In this document: piece by piece, positions 10,490-19,874 of the stretch
How positions within the stretch are numbered: the stretch's first letter is position 1
Layout of the letters: each line of letters begins with the position of its first letter
Notes under the pieces: model-generated
What the model saw: only the letters and a program-made list of their open reading frames with translations
What the model was told of the DNA's origin: nothing
Databases searched by the model: none
NCBI GenBank assembly: GCA_021799495.1
Contig: JAJZAI010000011.1
Span: 10,127 to 74,126, forward strand
DNA from: Deltaproteobacteria bacterium
GTDB lineage: Bacteria > Desulfobacterota > Binatia > Binatales > Binataceae
Length of the DNA: 64,000 bases
Reading direction: 5' to 3'
Position numbers and translations under genes: made by a program

Positions 10490-11176
10490 CTAACCGATCG
10501 CCACTTTGAATGTTGGCAGGCGGAACTGGGCGCCCGCCGGAGCCTGACCGTCGCCGAGCGAATCGCGCAGCACCGTCTGCATGAAGCGTTCGATGCGCGA
10601 ATCCGGAAGCTTCGCCACCTTCATCTGAACCAGCACATATCCCGCGGACGCGATCACCCGCGCATCGTCCTCGGTCTCGCGGTCGAGGTCGTTGCCGGTT
10701 TCCATCCGCCAACGCCGAATCGTCTGGGCCAGCATCGCGATAACGCGTTCCTGAAATTGCAAAAACGCCGGCCACACTTCATGACGCAGCGCCATGCTCC
10801 ATTCGAGCATCACGCGAGTGTGGTTCGGATGCGTATCAACGGCGTCGGCGAAGGCGCGCATATGTTTCAGGATGATTTCCGGCGCCGGACGGCGCTCGGC
10901 GTAAATCCGCTCGGCCATCTCGATGAAGAACCGCGCCACCTCTTCCAGCACCGCATCGACCAGTGCGTTGCGGGTCGGGAAATAAAAAAAGACGGTTGGC
11001 ACGGAAACTTTGGCTTTCAGGGCGATTTCGGCGTGATGGGCGCCGCCGATACCCCGGCGCGCAAAGACGGCCAATGCGGTTTGCAGCAGGATGGCGCGGC
11101 GTTCGGACTTTTCGAGGCGAGAAGCCCGCCGGCGTTCGATAGCGCCGGGACCGGCGATTGAACCGTCGCGAATCAT
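10490..11176 (-). CDS. TetR/AcrR family transcriptional regulator
   Basis: 228 aa with an N-terminal HTH (AILLQTALAVFARRGIGGAHHAEIALKAKVSVPTVFFYFPTRNAL). Its ATG directly abuts the stop of the upstream gene (TAG|ATG at 11177/11176). Confidence 0.9.
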   Translation of the reverse strand: MIRDGSIAGPGAIERRRASRLEKSERRAILLQTALAVFARRGIGGAHHAEIALKAKVSVPTVFFYFPTRNALVDAVLEEVARFFIEMAERIYAERRPAPEIILKHMRAFADAVDTHPNHTRVMLEWSMALRHEVWPAFLQFQERVIAMLAQTIRRWRMETGNDLDRETEDDARVIASAGYVLVQMKVAKLPDSRIERFMQTVLRDSLGDGQAPAGAQFRLPTFKVAIG

Positions 11177-11875
11177 CTAAGTGATTCTTTTGTTAATCGT
11201 CCGCCGGAAAATTAGCAATCGCTTGTTCAACCGTCCGATAGCCCACCACCCGGAAAACCGGCCAAGCGCGGGATTTTCCGGGGCGCCGGCGCGCGGTCGT
11301 CGGAAGTAGGGCGCCAGCCGAAGTTCAGGGCCGCTCATCCATCGCACCTCGCGGTATTCCATCGCGACCAGCGCGACGACCGTGACATCCAGCACGGTGA
11401 TCGAAGCCAAAAACGGCGAATATCCATGGGCAAGCTCGCACACCTGATAAATCGTGAAGCCCGTGAACACCACGATCGCCGCCGGATACGACCAAAGCCT
11501 GTTAGTCGCCAGTCCAGTCGCCAGTCCCAGCTTGACCGCGCCGTGGAGGAGCAGGAACGCGCTTGCGGAAGCCCTGCTGTGAATGACCGTGGCGGTATTG
11601 TGCCGAATCAGGTTCGCCACGATGTCGGTCGGATCTTCTTTCAATTCTCCCTGAATCAGCGAGAAGATGATGCCCTTGATTGACGCGGGCGAGAGCACCG
11701 CGAACAGCAGTCCGACGACAAGCTCCACGGCTCCATCGACGCCCTTCGCGATCACGCCGATCTTGAAGATGAGATGAAGCAGGCGCGCGCGGGCGCGGCG
11801 CCGCGATGCGAGTTGGCCGCGCGCGGCGGACGCGGAGGCATTTTCCGGGCGCGGTGACGGATTTTCCACGCTCAT
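11177..11875 (-). CDS. DUF2127-like integral membrane protein
   Basis: ATG at 11875 overlaps the RND stop (ATGA, 11872-11875). The 232-aa product has about 4 hydrophobic helices (HLIFKIGVIAKGVDGAVELVVGLLFAVL...). The family name is from memory. The track extension to 12265 lies inside the RND gene and was not used. Confidence 0.65.
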   Translation of the reverse strand: MSVENPSPRPENASASAARGQLASRRRARARLLHLIFKIGVIAKGVDGAVELVVGLLFAVLSPASIKGIIFSLIQGELKEDPTDIVANLIRHNTATVIHSRASASAFLLLHGAVKLGLATGLATNRLWSYPAAIVVFTGFTIYQVCELAHGYSPFLASITVLDVTVVALVAMEYREVRWMSGPELRLAPYFRRPRAGAPENPALGRFSGWWAIGRLNKRLLIFRRTINKRIT

Positions 11876-14800
11876 TCTCCGGGATTGGCGCCCGGAGAAG
11901 CGGGACTGTCGAATTTTCCGTAGCTGAGAGCGAGGCTCGGCAGGACCAGCAGATTGAGCGCGGTCGAGGTGATTAGCCCGCCCAGAATGATAATCGCCAT
12001 CGGCCCTTCGATTTCGCGGCCGGGCGTTTCGGCGCCGAGCGCCAGCGGCAGCACGCCCAGCGCCGTCACTGCGGCCGTCATCAGAATGGGCAGCAGGCGT
12101 TCGGAAGCGCCGCGCAACGCCGCGTCGCGTCCCCACTCCGCGCCCTCCTGCGTCACGAGATGCTCGAAGTGCGAAATCATCATGATCGAATTGCGCATCG
12201 TGATGCCGAACAAAGTAACGAAACCCACGATCGAGCCGAGCGATAGATATCCTCCTCCGATCCACGCGGCGAGCACTCCGCCAACCAGTGCGAAGGGGAT
12301 ATTGATCAAGACGAGAGTCAGATTCCTGATATTTCCGAAGGCCAGATAGAGCAGGATGAAGATAATGACGGCGGCGATAATCGAGTCCAAAAGCATCTGG
12401 CTGATGGCGCTCGCGCGCGCTTCGGCGGCTCCTCCGAACACAACATACGCGCCGGCCGGCAAACGGATCGCCGCGACCTTTTGTTGCACGTCAGCGGCGA
12501 AAGAATCGAGCGCCCGCCCCGCCACGTTGCAGGTCACGATCTGCTCGCGCCGGCCGCCGTCGTGCAAGATCGAATAACGCCCGGTTGCGAGAGAGATCGA
12601 GGCCAGCTCGCGCAGCGGAACGAGGTTGCCCTGGGCGTTGCGCAGCATTACGCCGCTCAGGGCTTCAGGATCGAGCCGCGCCGCCGGATCGAGGATTACC
12701 GAGACCGTGAAGATGCGATTTCCGTCGTAGGTTTGCGCGGCCTCGCTTCCTTGATAATCGGTGCGGATGGCCGAGAGCACGTCCAGCGGCGCGAAGCCGA
12801 ATTGCGTCAGGCGATCGGGCTTGAGCTGCACTGTCAACTCGGGCATTCCGCCTGGCGCGAGCATCCGTACGTCGACGCTGCCGCGCGTTGCGCGCAAAAC
12901 GCGCGCCACTTCGCCTCCGGCCTCGTCCAGCGCGCCTAGGTTGTCGCCGAAGATGCTCACCACCACGTCGGCGGTCTGGCCGGAAAGGGTCTCTTCGATA
13001 CGTTCCGTCAGAAACGAGTTGAGGCCGAAATCGAAACCTGGAAACCTCCCCAGAATCCGCCGGATCCGGTCCTGCGCCGTATCGAGGTCCTCGCCGTTTT
13101 GCGGCGCGACGGTGACGTCGAACTCGCTTTCCTGCGGTCCCAGCGTGTCATCGCCGAGCACCGCGCGGCCGTCGCGCTGGTCGACGCTTTTAATATCCGG
13201 ATCGCGCAGCAAGGCGACGCTGACCCTCCGTCCCATGCGCATCGATTCCGGAATCGACGTGCCGGGAACTCCAGCCATGTGAACGATGAAACTGTTTTCC
13301 TGAAGTTCGGGCAAAAAACTCCCGCCGAAGAACGGCAGGGTCGCGGCGACGGCGATGCAAACAGCGGCGACGCCGACGATGACTAAGCGCGGCCGGTCCA
13401 GCACGGCTTCGAGCCAGCGACGGTGCGCTTGCTTGAGTCGTTCGGCGAAGCGGGGCTCGGCGTTCGCGGCGGAGCGCGGCAGCATCGCCGCGCACAGGGC
13501 GGGCGTCACGGTCAGGGCGACGGCCAGCGAGGCGAGGATCGCGAGGATGTACGCGATTCCGAGCGGCGCGAAAATCCGTCCTTCGACGCCGCTCATCGTG
13601 AGCACCGGGAAAAAAACCGCCGCGACCACGAAGGTGGCGTAAACGACCGCGCTTCTGACCTCCAACGAGGCGTCGAGAATCACGTTGAAAACCGGCCGCG
13701 GGCTGGCGCTCGCGCGATTCTCGCGCAGGCGCCGGAAAATGTTTTCGACGTCGATGATGGCGTCATCGACGACCTCGCCGATCGCGATCGCCAGTCCGCC
13801 GAGCGTAATAGTATTGAGCGTCGCTCCGGTCCGGGTCAGCACGGTGACCGCGGCCAGCAATGAGAGCGGGATCGCGGTGAGTGAGATAAAAGCGGTCCGA
13901 AGGTTATAGAGGAAGAGCGTCAGGACGATCGCCACCAGCGCGCCGCCCAGCAGCAGCGACGACCGTATATTGGCCAGTGAGATCTGGATGAAATCCGCGG
14001 CGCGGAACAGACGCGGGTACAACGTGATCTTTTGCGCGCTGAAGACGGGAGCGAGGTCGCGCAGCGCGGCTTCCGAGCGTTGCGTCACTTCGAGCGTGTT
14101 CGCTCCGTACTGGCTCGACAGAACAAGGATTACGCCTTTTTTGCCAAGTATTCCGGCGTCTCCGATTAGTGGTTGGGGGGCCCATTTCACTTGCGCGACG
14201 TCGCGCAGGCGCACGCTCGCGCCGGCGCCGGGCGCCAGCACCGCATCGCCCAGTTGCGCCGGCGTTATCGATTGTCCTTCGGTCCTGATCACAATGCGCT
14301 GGTTGGCGTTTTCGATGAAGCCGGCGCCTTCGACGCCGGTCGCGCGGCGGGCGGCGGCGAGAACGTCGGTGATGCTCAGGCCGTATGCGAGCAAGCGCTC
14401 CGGTTGAACCTGGATTTGAAGTTGCCGTTCGCCGCCGCCGTAGATGGCGACCTTCGCCACTCCCGGCACGGCCAGCAGGCGCGGACGCATCGTCCAGTAG
14501 GCGAAGCTCCACAGGTCCATTGGCTTGAGCGTCGCCGAGGCGATTCCCAAAGTAAGGAACACGCTCGTGGACGAGGTCAGCGGGGCCATCACCGGTGCCG
14601 AAACTCCGGCCGGCATCTCATTCGCGACCGCGGGCAGGCGCTCGCTGACGATCTGGCGATCCCGGAATATGTCGGTGTTTTCGCCGAAGATGACGGTGAT
14701 TACGGAAAGCCCCTGAATCGATTGCGAGCGGATGCTGGCGACGTCGTTCATGCCGAGCAGAACGTTTTCGATGGGCTGCGTGACGAGGGTTTCAACCTGC

Positions 14801-14976
14801 TCGGAGGCGAGGCCAGGAGCTTCGGTCTGGATCGCCACCTGCGGCGGCGCGAATTCGGGGAAAACGCCCAGCTTCGCGTTCAGGGCCGAATAAATTCCAT
14901 AGCCGAACGCAAGGCAGGCCAGCGCAATCACGATTCCCTGAAAGCGCAGCGAAAATGCGACTATCGCCTTCAGCAT
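11872..14976 (-). CDS. CzcA/CusA-family (heavy-metal-efflux type) RND permease
   Basis: 1034 aa with 12-TM RND architecture. The N-terminus (LKAIVAFSLRFQGIVIALACLAFGYGIYS...FPEFAPPQVAIQTEAPGLASEQVETLVTQPIE) aligns by eye with the CzcA N-terminus rather than the AcrB type. Confidence 0.9.
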   Translation of the reverse strand: MLKAIVAFSLRFQGIVIALACLAFGYGIYSALNAKLGVFPEFAPPQVAIQTEAPGLASEQVETLVTQPIENVLLGMNDVASIRSQSIQGLSVITVIFGENTDIFRDRQIVSERLPAVANEMPAGVSAPVMAPLTSSTSVFLTLGIASATLKPMDLWSFAYWTMRPRLLAVPGVAKVAIYGGGERQLQIQVQPERLLAYGLSITDVLAAARRATGVEGAGFIENANQRIVIRTEGQSITPAQLGDAVLAPGAGASVRLRDVAQVKWAPQPLIGDAGILGKKGVILVLSSQYGANTLEVTQRSEAALRDLAPVFSAQKITLYPRLFRAADFIQISLANIRSSLLLGGALVAIVLTLFLYNLRTAFISLTAIPLSLLAAVTVLTRTGATLNTITLGGLAIAIGEVVDDAIIDVENIFRRLRENRASASPRPVFNVILDASLEVRSAVVYATFVVAAVFFPVLTMSGVEGRIFAPLGIAYILAILASLAVALTVTPALCAAMLPRSAANAEPRFAERLKQAHRRWLEAVLDRPRLVIVGVAAVCIAVAATLPFFGGSFLPELQENSFIVHMAGVPGTSIPESMRMGRRVSVALLRDPDIKSVDQRDGRAVLGDDTLGPQESEFDVTVAPQNGEDLDTAQDRIRRILGRFPGFDFGLNSFLTERIEETLSGQTADVVVSIFGDNLGALDEAGGEVARVLRATRGSVDVRMLAPGGMPELTVQLKPDRLTQFGFAPLDVLSAIRTDYQGSEAAQTYDGNRIFTVSVILDPAARLDPEALSGVMLRNAQGNLVPLRELASISLATGRYSILHDGGRREQIVTCNVAGRALDSFAADVQQKVAAIRLPAGAYVVFGGAAEARASAISQMLLDSIIAAVIIFILLYLAFGNIRNLTLVLINIPFALVGGVLAAWIGGGYLSLGSIVGFVTLFGITMRNSIMMISHFEHLVTQEGAEWGRDAALRGASERLLPILMTAAVTALGVLPLALGAETPGREIEGPMAIIILGGLITSTALNLLVLPSLALSYGKFDSPASPGANPGE

Positions 14977-14985
14977 CGCGCCGCC

Positions 14986-15996
14986 TCAATCCTCGACCTG
15001 AATTTCCGCCTTGAGTTCCTCGGAGAGGAGGGTTTGCGCCCCCTCGACGACGATTCGCGTTCCCGGCGCGAGATTTTCCGTGACAAAATATCCTTTGCCG
15101 GTCGTTTCGACCGGACTTATCTCACGCCGCACGAAGCGGTTCCCATCGAGTTCGCGATAGACCCACTCCTTGCCGGCGTAGCGAACGACCGCTGAACGGG
15201 GAACCGTAACGCCAGTCTGGGACGTGTCCGCGATCGGGATGCGGGCTGAAACCGCCGCGCCCGGCGTGAGCGGAAATCGCGCCGCCGCCAGCAGTGCGAG
15301 AAACGCCTGTCCCTGTAGCGTTTGGACGACCATCGGCGCCGCATACAGGGCGCGCGCGCCGAGCGGCTGATCTTCATGCCCAAGCACGACGATTTGCGCC
15401 GCATGAGGAGCATCGTCCAGCCGCTCTCCGACGGGCGCGGTCACGCGCGCGATCGCTGCGCGGCGGGCGACGAGCGCGCTCACGAGCCGCGCGCGCTCCG
15501 CGGGATTCAAGCTTGCGATCTCGCCGCCCCAATCGTTCCGCAATTGCTGCCGCAAAGCCTCCAACTGGCTCTGGTCGGTCAGGTATGACGCCTGAGCAGT
15601 CTGGAGATTGCGCAGTGAGGCGTTTCTATGCTCCGCATACAGCCGACTCGACCGCCGATATTGCGCGTTGGCGGCGTCGAGCGCCGCTTGCGCGCTGAGC
15701 AATTGGCTGTTGAGCTGCGCCAGCGGCGCGGGATCCAGAATGAATCCATAGGCTTCGATTTCGATCGGCTGGGCGATGGCTTTCAGAGTTTCGGTGGCAA
15801 TGCCAATTTCCTTCCGCGCGGCCGGCCGAATCGCAATGAAAACGTGGCCGGCACTGTCGCGCGAGATTTGCGCCGCGGTGGACGTGATGGGCTTTTCGTC
15901 ATCGTCGTCGTCCGCCATGGCGGACGTTCTGCCGAGGGCGGCAATTATCAAGATGGCTGCGAAGATCAGGGCGGCTAATTTTCTATGCGTCGTCAC
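14986..15996 (-). CDS. efflux RND periplasmic adaptor (MFP) subunit
   Basis: 336 aa. N-terminal anchor/signal, then an Ala/Gln/Leu-rich coiled-coil hairpin, then a beta-rich C-terminus. Lies 9 nt upstream of the RND gene. Confidence 0.88.
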   Translation of the reverse strand: MTTHRKLAALIFAAILIIAALGRTSAMADDDDDEKPITSTAAQISRDSAGHVFIAIRPAARKEIGIATETLKAIAQPIEIEAYGFILDPAPLAQLNSQLLSAQAALDAANAQYRRSSRLYAEHRNASLRNLQTAQASYLTDQSQLEALRQQLRNDWGGEIASLNPAERARLVSALVARRAAIARVTAPVGERLDDAPHAAQIVVLGHEDQPLGARALYAAPMVVQTLQGQAFLALLAAARFPLTPGAAVSARIPIADTSQTGVTVPRSAVVRYAGKEWVYRELDGNRFVRREISPVETTGKGYFVTENLAPGTRIVVEGAQTLLSEELKAEIQVED

Positions 15997-17426
15997 GAAG
16001 TTTGTTCACTCGCTGTGATTTGAAGCGGCGGGGGGAGCTTGAAGGATTTGAGGCCGCCATCCTCAAACGGCCGCTCAACCGCGTCTTCCAGCGCCCCCAG
16101 CGCGCTTTGCGCGCCGGCCAGCGCGGTCAACTTCGACTGCTCGGCCACCACGGTTTCGAGTTGGGCCGTCGCCAGTGTCAAGGCGCCGATATCGCCCACG
16201 TCCGCGGCCCGCCTGATGCCTGCCATCCGTTCTTTGGAAAAAGCCGCGGAGCGCGACGCCTGGCGCAGCGCCGCAAGCGCGCCGCGATAGTTCGTCAAGG
16301 CGCCATTGGCCTGGCCGATGATGCTGTCCTGCAGCGCGGCAAACTGATCGGCGGCCTGCGCTCGCCTGGCCCGCGCTTCCGCGATCGGCCCCTGGTTTTG
16401 GTTCATGATCGGCAGCGCCACGATCGGAAGAAGTTCGAAGATGTTTTCGTTGACCTCCCACGAGTATCCGCCGGCGAGATTGATATCGGGATACTGTCGC
16501 GCGATTTCGAGCTTGAGCGCCTCGTCGGCGGCGGCGTATTGCGCCAGCGTGCGGCGCAGATCGAGCCGATCCAGCAGGGCCAGCCGGCGGACACGTGCGG
16601 GCGTAAGCGAGCCGGCGTCGGGCGGATAATCAAAATCGGGCCACGCGAAGGCCGCATCCTGGAGCGCTCCGGCGGGCACGCCTAACGCAATCGCAAGTGC
16701 GTTCAGCGTTTCGGGTGTGCGGCTTTGCGCGAGCGCCGTTTTGAGCCGCGCCGACGAGAGATTCGCAAGCGCAAGATTCAGTTCCGGAGCCGCGGCGGCG
16801 CCGGCATCGACGCGCTCCTGAAGTATTCGGGCGATCCGTTCCGAGGCCGCCTGATACGCGCGCGCCAATTCATACGAGCGCCGCGCGACCATATAATCCA
16901 GTAGCGCCGTCCTGACCGCGCTCCGGACGCGCCATGCGGCCTCGCCGACGCCGAGCGCGCTAGCGTCGGCCAGACGTTGCGCCTGAGCGATCCGGTAACC
17001 GCGCTTTCCCGCGGTCTCGATCGGAAAATTGATAGCGGCGGCGCCCAGCGCCCATGGCGCAAAATTGGGGACGGCGGTCGCGGCATAGGCGGCGCCAAGG
17101 CCAACGCTCGGATTTGGCCGCTGTCCGGCCGTGATAATCGCGGCGCGCGCGACGTTCAATTGCGCTTCGGCAACCGCCAGATCGGGGCTGTAGAAGAACC
17201 CCGCCAATGTGAGATTTTCAAGGTTCCACTGCGCTGGCGGACAGGCGGCGCGTCCGGATGCGGAGTTCGCGCGCAGATATTCGCAGAGCTTGGGGTTGGC
17301 AAGCGTCCGTGCAGTGAACGCGCTCGCGGCCACCTCCGGCTTGAGCGGCGCGGGCCGATAAGTCGCGCAGGCGCAGAGCGCGCAAAGCAGCGACAACGCC
17401 GCGACTTTCTTGACGGAAAAGAGCAT
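15993..17426 (-). CDS. NodT/TolC-family outer membrane efflux lipoprotein
   Basis: Lipoprotein signal MLFSVKKVAALSLLCALCAC followed by two TolC-type repeats. Start taken at Met16 of the track ORF (ATG 17426). 4-nt overlap with the MFP start. Confidence 0.88.
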   Translation of the reverse strand: MLFSVKKVAALSLLCALCACATYRPAPLKPEVAASAFTARTLANPKLCEYLRANSASGRAACPPAQWNLENLTLAGFFYSPDLAVAEAQLNVARAAIITAGQRPNPSVGLGAAYAATAVPNFAPWALGAAAINFPIETAGKRGYRIAQAQRLADASALGVGEAAWRVRSAVRTALLDYMVARRSYELARAYQAASERIARILQERVDAGAAAAPELNLALANLSSARLKTALAQSRTPETLNALAIALGVPAGALQDAAFAWPDFDYPPDAGSLTPARVRRLALLDRLDLRRTLAQYAAADEALKLEIARQYPDINLAGGYSWEVNENIFELLPIVALPIMNQNQGPIAEARARRAQAADQFAALQDSIIGQANGALTNYRGALAALRQASRSAAFSKERMAGIRRAADVGDIGALTLATAQLETVVAEQSKLTALAGAQSALGALEDAVERPFEDGGLKSFKLPPPLQITASEQTS

Positions 17427-17474
17427 CGGAATTTTATGACCCGTGTGGAATCGGTCGCCGCGCCACGCCAACCT

Positions 17475-18329
17475 TCACGCCGCAATCCAGAACAGCGTGC
17501 GGACCAGTCGTTCGCCAAATATCGCGCCGCTGGCCAGCGCGAGAGCGAATGCGGGCGCAAGCAACAGCAATAGACCATACGAAGACCGTGCGCTTTTTTG
17601 AGAGCCGGACGGCGGTGGTTCAAGCAGCCGCCGGATCCGCTCCTTCAATCTCGACGGCTCGCCGGCCAGCGCGGCCTGCGTCGCAAGATTGGTCCGACCG
17701 GCAAAACGCGCGGAGGCCAGAATCGCCTCGGCAAGATCGGCTCCATCGACTCCTTCCGTGCGCGTCTCTTCGTCGCGCGCGAGCTCAAGCGCAGTCAGCC
17801 ATGCGTCCAGACGTTCGCGCGCTTGCGGCCACGGCCATTGCGAATCGGTGACGGATTGCGCCAGCCAGATTCGCAGCGGGTCGCGATGACGCGCATGGGC
17901 GCGTTCGTGCTCCAGCGCCGCTTCGATCTGGCGGTCGCTGAGACTCTTTGCAAGGTTCGGGGAAAACACGATCCACGGACGCAAGAGTCCGACGGTCGCG
18001 ATCGCGGGGTCGTTCTGAATAGCCAGCAGCGCCGCCGCGCCGCGAATCGCGGTTCGCGCGAAAAGCAACGCGAACGGAATCGTCATCAGCGCCAGCGACC
18101 ACGGGACTTTCTCGGGCACTGGATCAGGCTCGACCAGCGCCCATCCGCAGAGCGCCGCCGCGATCGCCAGCGCGGGCACCGCCGGCAGCCAGATTCTCCG
18201 CCACGCAATTTTCTCGGCGCGGCACGCGCCGCGCGCTTCAAGATGGGCCGCGGGCCACCAGCCGCAGGCAAGGAGCGCCGCGCCGCCGATCAACGTAACC
18301 AGCATGGTGAGGCAACATTCACGTTCCAT
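17475..18329 (-). CDS. M56 (BlaR1-type) family zinc metallopeptidase, sensor-less
   Basis: 284 aa, multi-TM, with an HEXXH site (LEHERAHARH). It ends in a TM segment and has no C-terminal penicillin-binding or other sensor domain. Overlaps the blaI-like stop. Confidence 0.8.
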   Translation of the reverse strand: MERECCLTMLVTLIGGAALLACGWWPAAHLEARGACRAEKIAWRRIWLPAVPALAIAAALCGWALVEPDPVPEKVPWSLALMTIPFALLFARTAIRGAAALLAIQNDPAIATVGLLRPWIVFSPNLAKSLSDRQIEAALEHERAHARHRDPLRIWLAQSVTDSQWPWPQARERLDAWLTALELARDEETRTEGVDGADLAEAILASARFAGRTNLATQAALAGEPSRLKERIRRLLEPPPSGSQKSARSSYGLLLLLAPAFALALASGAIFGERLVRTLFWIAA

Positions 18330-18717
18330 CTTTCGACCTCCGGCGGGAGGCTATGGCTTCCGCAAGCTCGTCGATTAGAACCGGATCGAACGATTCAACC
18401 GCGTCCACCAGCGTCGCCACCGCCGAGCGGGGGCTCGCACCGAACAGGCGCGTCAAAAATGCGCGCGCGCGCGCCGCGTCGATCACGTCACGGCCAACGC
18501 GAGCGCGATAAATGAAGGTCGAACCCCTGCGCTCGCGCGAGACGAGGCGTTTGGCGTGAAGCCGGTCCAGCACTTTGGCGGTCGTCGTATAGACCAGCTC
18601 TTTCGGCTCGCCCACCTGGGCGTGGAGTTCCCGGACGGAAGCGCTCCCGAGCTCCCAGAGCTTCGCCAGAACCTCGTATTCGAGATCGCCGCCAGGCAAA
18701 CGGATTTGGCTGTCCAT
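18319..18717 (-). CDS. BlaI/MecI/CopY family transcriptional repressor
   Basis: Winged-helix Penicillinase_R pattern (LEYEVLAKLWELGSASVRELHAQV...LVYTTTAKVLDRLHAKRLVSRE). ATG at 18717 (132 aa) is preferred over the TTG at 18759 because a promoter-like element occupies 18731-18759. No Cys residues, so no CopY-type metal site. Confidence 0.85.
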   Translation of the reverse strand: MDSQIRLPGGDLEYEVLAKLWELGSASVRELHAQVGEPKELVYTTTAKVLDRLHAKRLVSRERRGSTFIYRARVGRDVIDAARARAFLTRLFGASPRSAVATLVDAVESFDPVLIDELAEAIASRRRSKDGT

Positions 18718-18730
18718 CGCGTCGAGATCA

Positions 18731-18759
18731 ATGTTACGACAAGCGTCGTACTCCGTCAA
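18731..18759 (-). promoter_or_regulatory. sigma70-like promoter with embedded palindromic operator
   Basis: The minus strand reads TTGACG-17 nt-TAACAT. The 17-nt spacer plus the first -10 bases contain the perfect palindrome TACGAC-GCTT-GTCGTA (18735-18750). The ATG of the blaI-like gene lies 13 nt after the -10. Confidence 0.5.
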
Positions 18760-18848
18760 CGGGAACCCTCCGTATGCCTTGGCGATGAGGCCGCAGCGGC
18801 GCGGGCTTGCCGCGGAATGTTCGTGAGCGAGATCACCCGCTTACCGAG

Positions 18849-19874
18849 TCAGATTCCTGACACGACGATCGACCACAGCGAGCGCTCCTTCGCTCCCAGC
18901 ATCAGCTCGCCCAGCCGCCGATTCCAGTAGGCCGACGCTCCGTACTCGCCCCGCCACGACTGAATCCGCCGGGTGTATCGATGGAGCGGGTATTCCCTGG
19001 TGAAACCGATTGCGCCGTGCACCTGGTGGCCGATCCGCGCAACGGCGCCCGCCGCGTCATTGGCTCGCGCCTTGGCGATCGCGCACGCGAAGAATATGTT
19101 CCTGCGCGCCGCCAACGCCAGATACGCCTGCTGCGCGGCCACTCGCGCCGAGGCCACCTCGCTCGCTGCGGTCGCGAGCTGATGCTGGATCGCCTGGAAG
19201 CCGCCAATCGGTTTCCCGAACTGCTTGCGCTGCCCGGCGTACTCGACCGCGATCTCGAGCACCCGCCCCGCGGCTTCGGCCAATTGCAGCGCGCGCACCG
19301 CCGCGCATCGACACAACAGCGCCTCGGCGTCCGCCGTCCCGCCAATCGCGAGCGGCGGCGCCTTGCTGAACACGAGCGTGTCGCGCGGCTCCGAGGCGAG
19401 GTTCGCGCCGACCGATATCGCCGCGCTTTCGCGGTCGAGCAGCACCAGATTTCCGCTCGCCACCGCGACGATCGCGGCGGCGTTTCGCCCCCACGCCACG
19501 CCTTCGAGCCGGCCGCTGACGCGGTCCGCCTCGACCGTGAGCGTCTCGTGCGGCGCGAACGAGGCCACCGTCAGCGGCCCTGTCGGCACGTCGAGGCCAT
19601 GCTGTCCCAGCATCCAGCTCGCTATTGCCGTCTCCGCGAGTGGCAACGGCAGGGCCGCTCCCGCCGCTGCGCGCAGCACCGCCGCCTCGATCTCGAGTCC
19701 CTCACCCGCGCCGCCTTCGGCGATCGCCGCGGGCCGCGTCAGCCCCTGGTTTTCGAGGCGCTCCCACAGCGCTCCCGCCCAAGCGCCTTGTTCCGATGCG
19801 TCCAGCGCCTGCGTCGTCAACCCGTCGGCGATCGTCCGCCGGGCGGTATCTTCAATCATCCCGATATCGCTCAT
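18849..19874 (-). CDS. acyl-CoA dehydrogenase family protein (downstream subunit of a pair)
   Basis: ATG at 19874 (MSDIGMIED...) shares 1 nt with the upstream ACAD stop (TGATG). C-terminal ACAD helices are present (FGKPIGGFQAIQHQLA, HGAIGFTREYPLHRYTRRIQSWRGEYG). The 599-aa track extension was not used. Confidence 0.85.
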   Translation of the reverse strand: MSDIGMIEDTARRTIADGLTTQALDASEQGAWAGALWERLENQGLTRPAAIAEGGAGEGLEIEAAVLRAAAGAALPLPLAETAIASWMLGQHGLDVPTGPLTVASFAPHETLTVEADRVSGRLEGVAWGRNAAAIVAVASGNLVLLDRESAAISVGANLASEPRDTLVFSKAPPLAIGGTADAEALLCRCAAVRALQLAEAAGRVLEIAVEYAGQRKQFGKPIGGFQAIQHQLATAASEVASARVAAQQAYLALAARRNIFFACAIAKARANDAAGAVARIGHQVHGAIGFTREYPLHRYTRRIQSWRGEYGASAYWNRRLGELMLGAKERSLWSIVVSGI

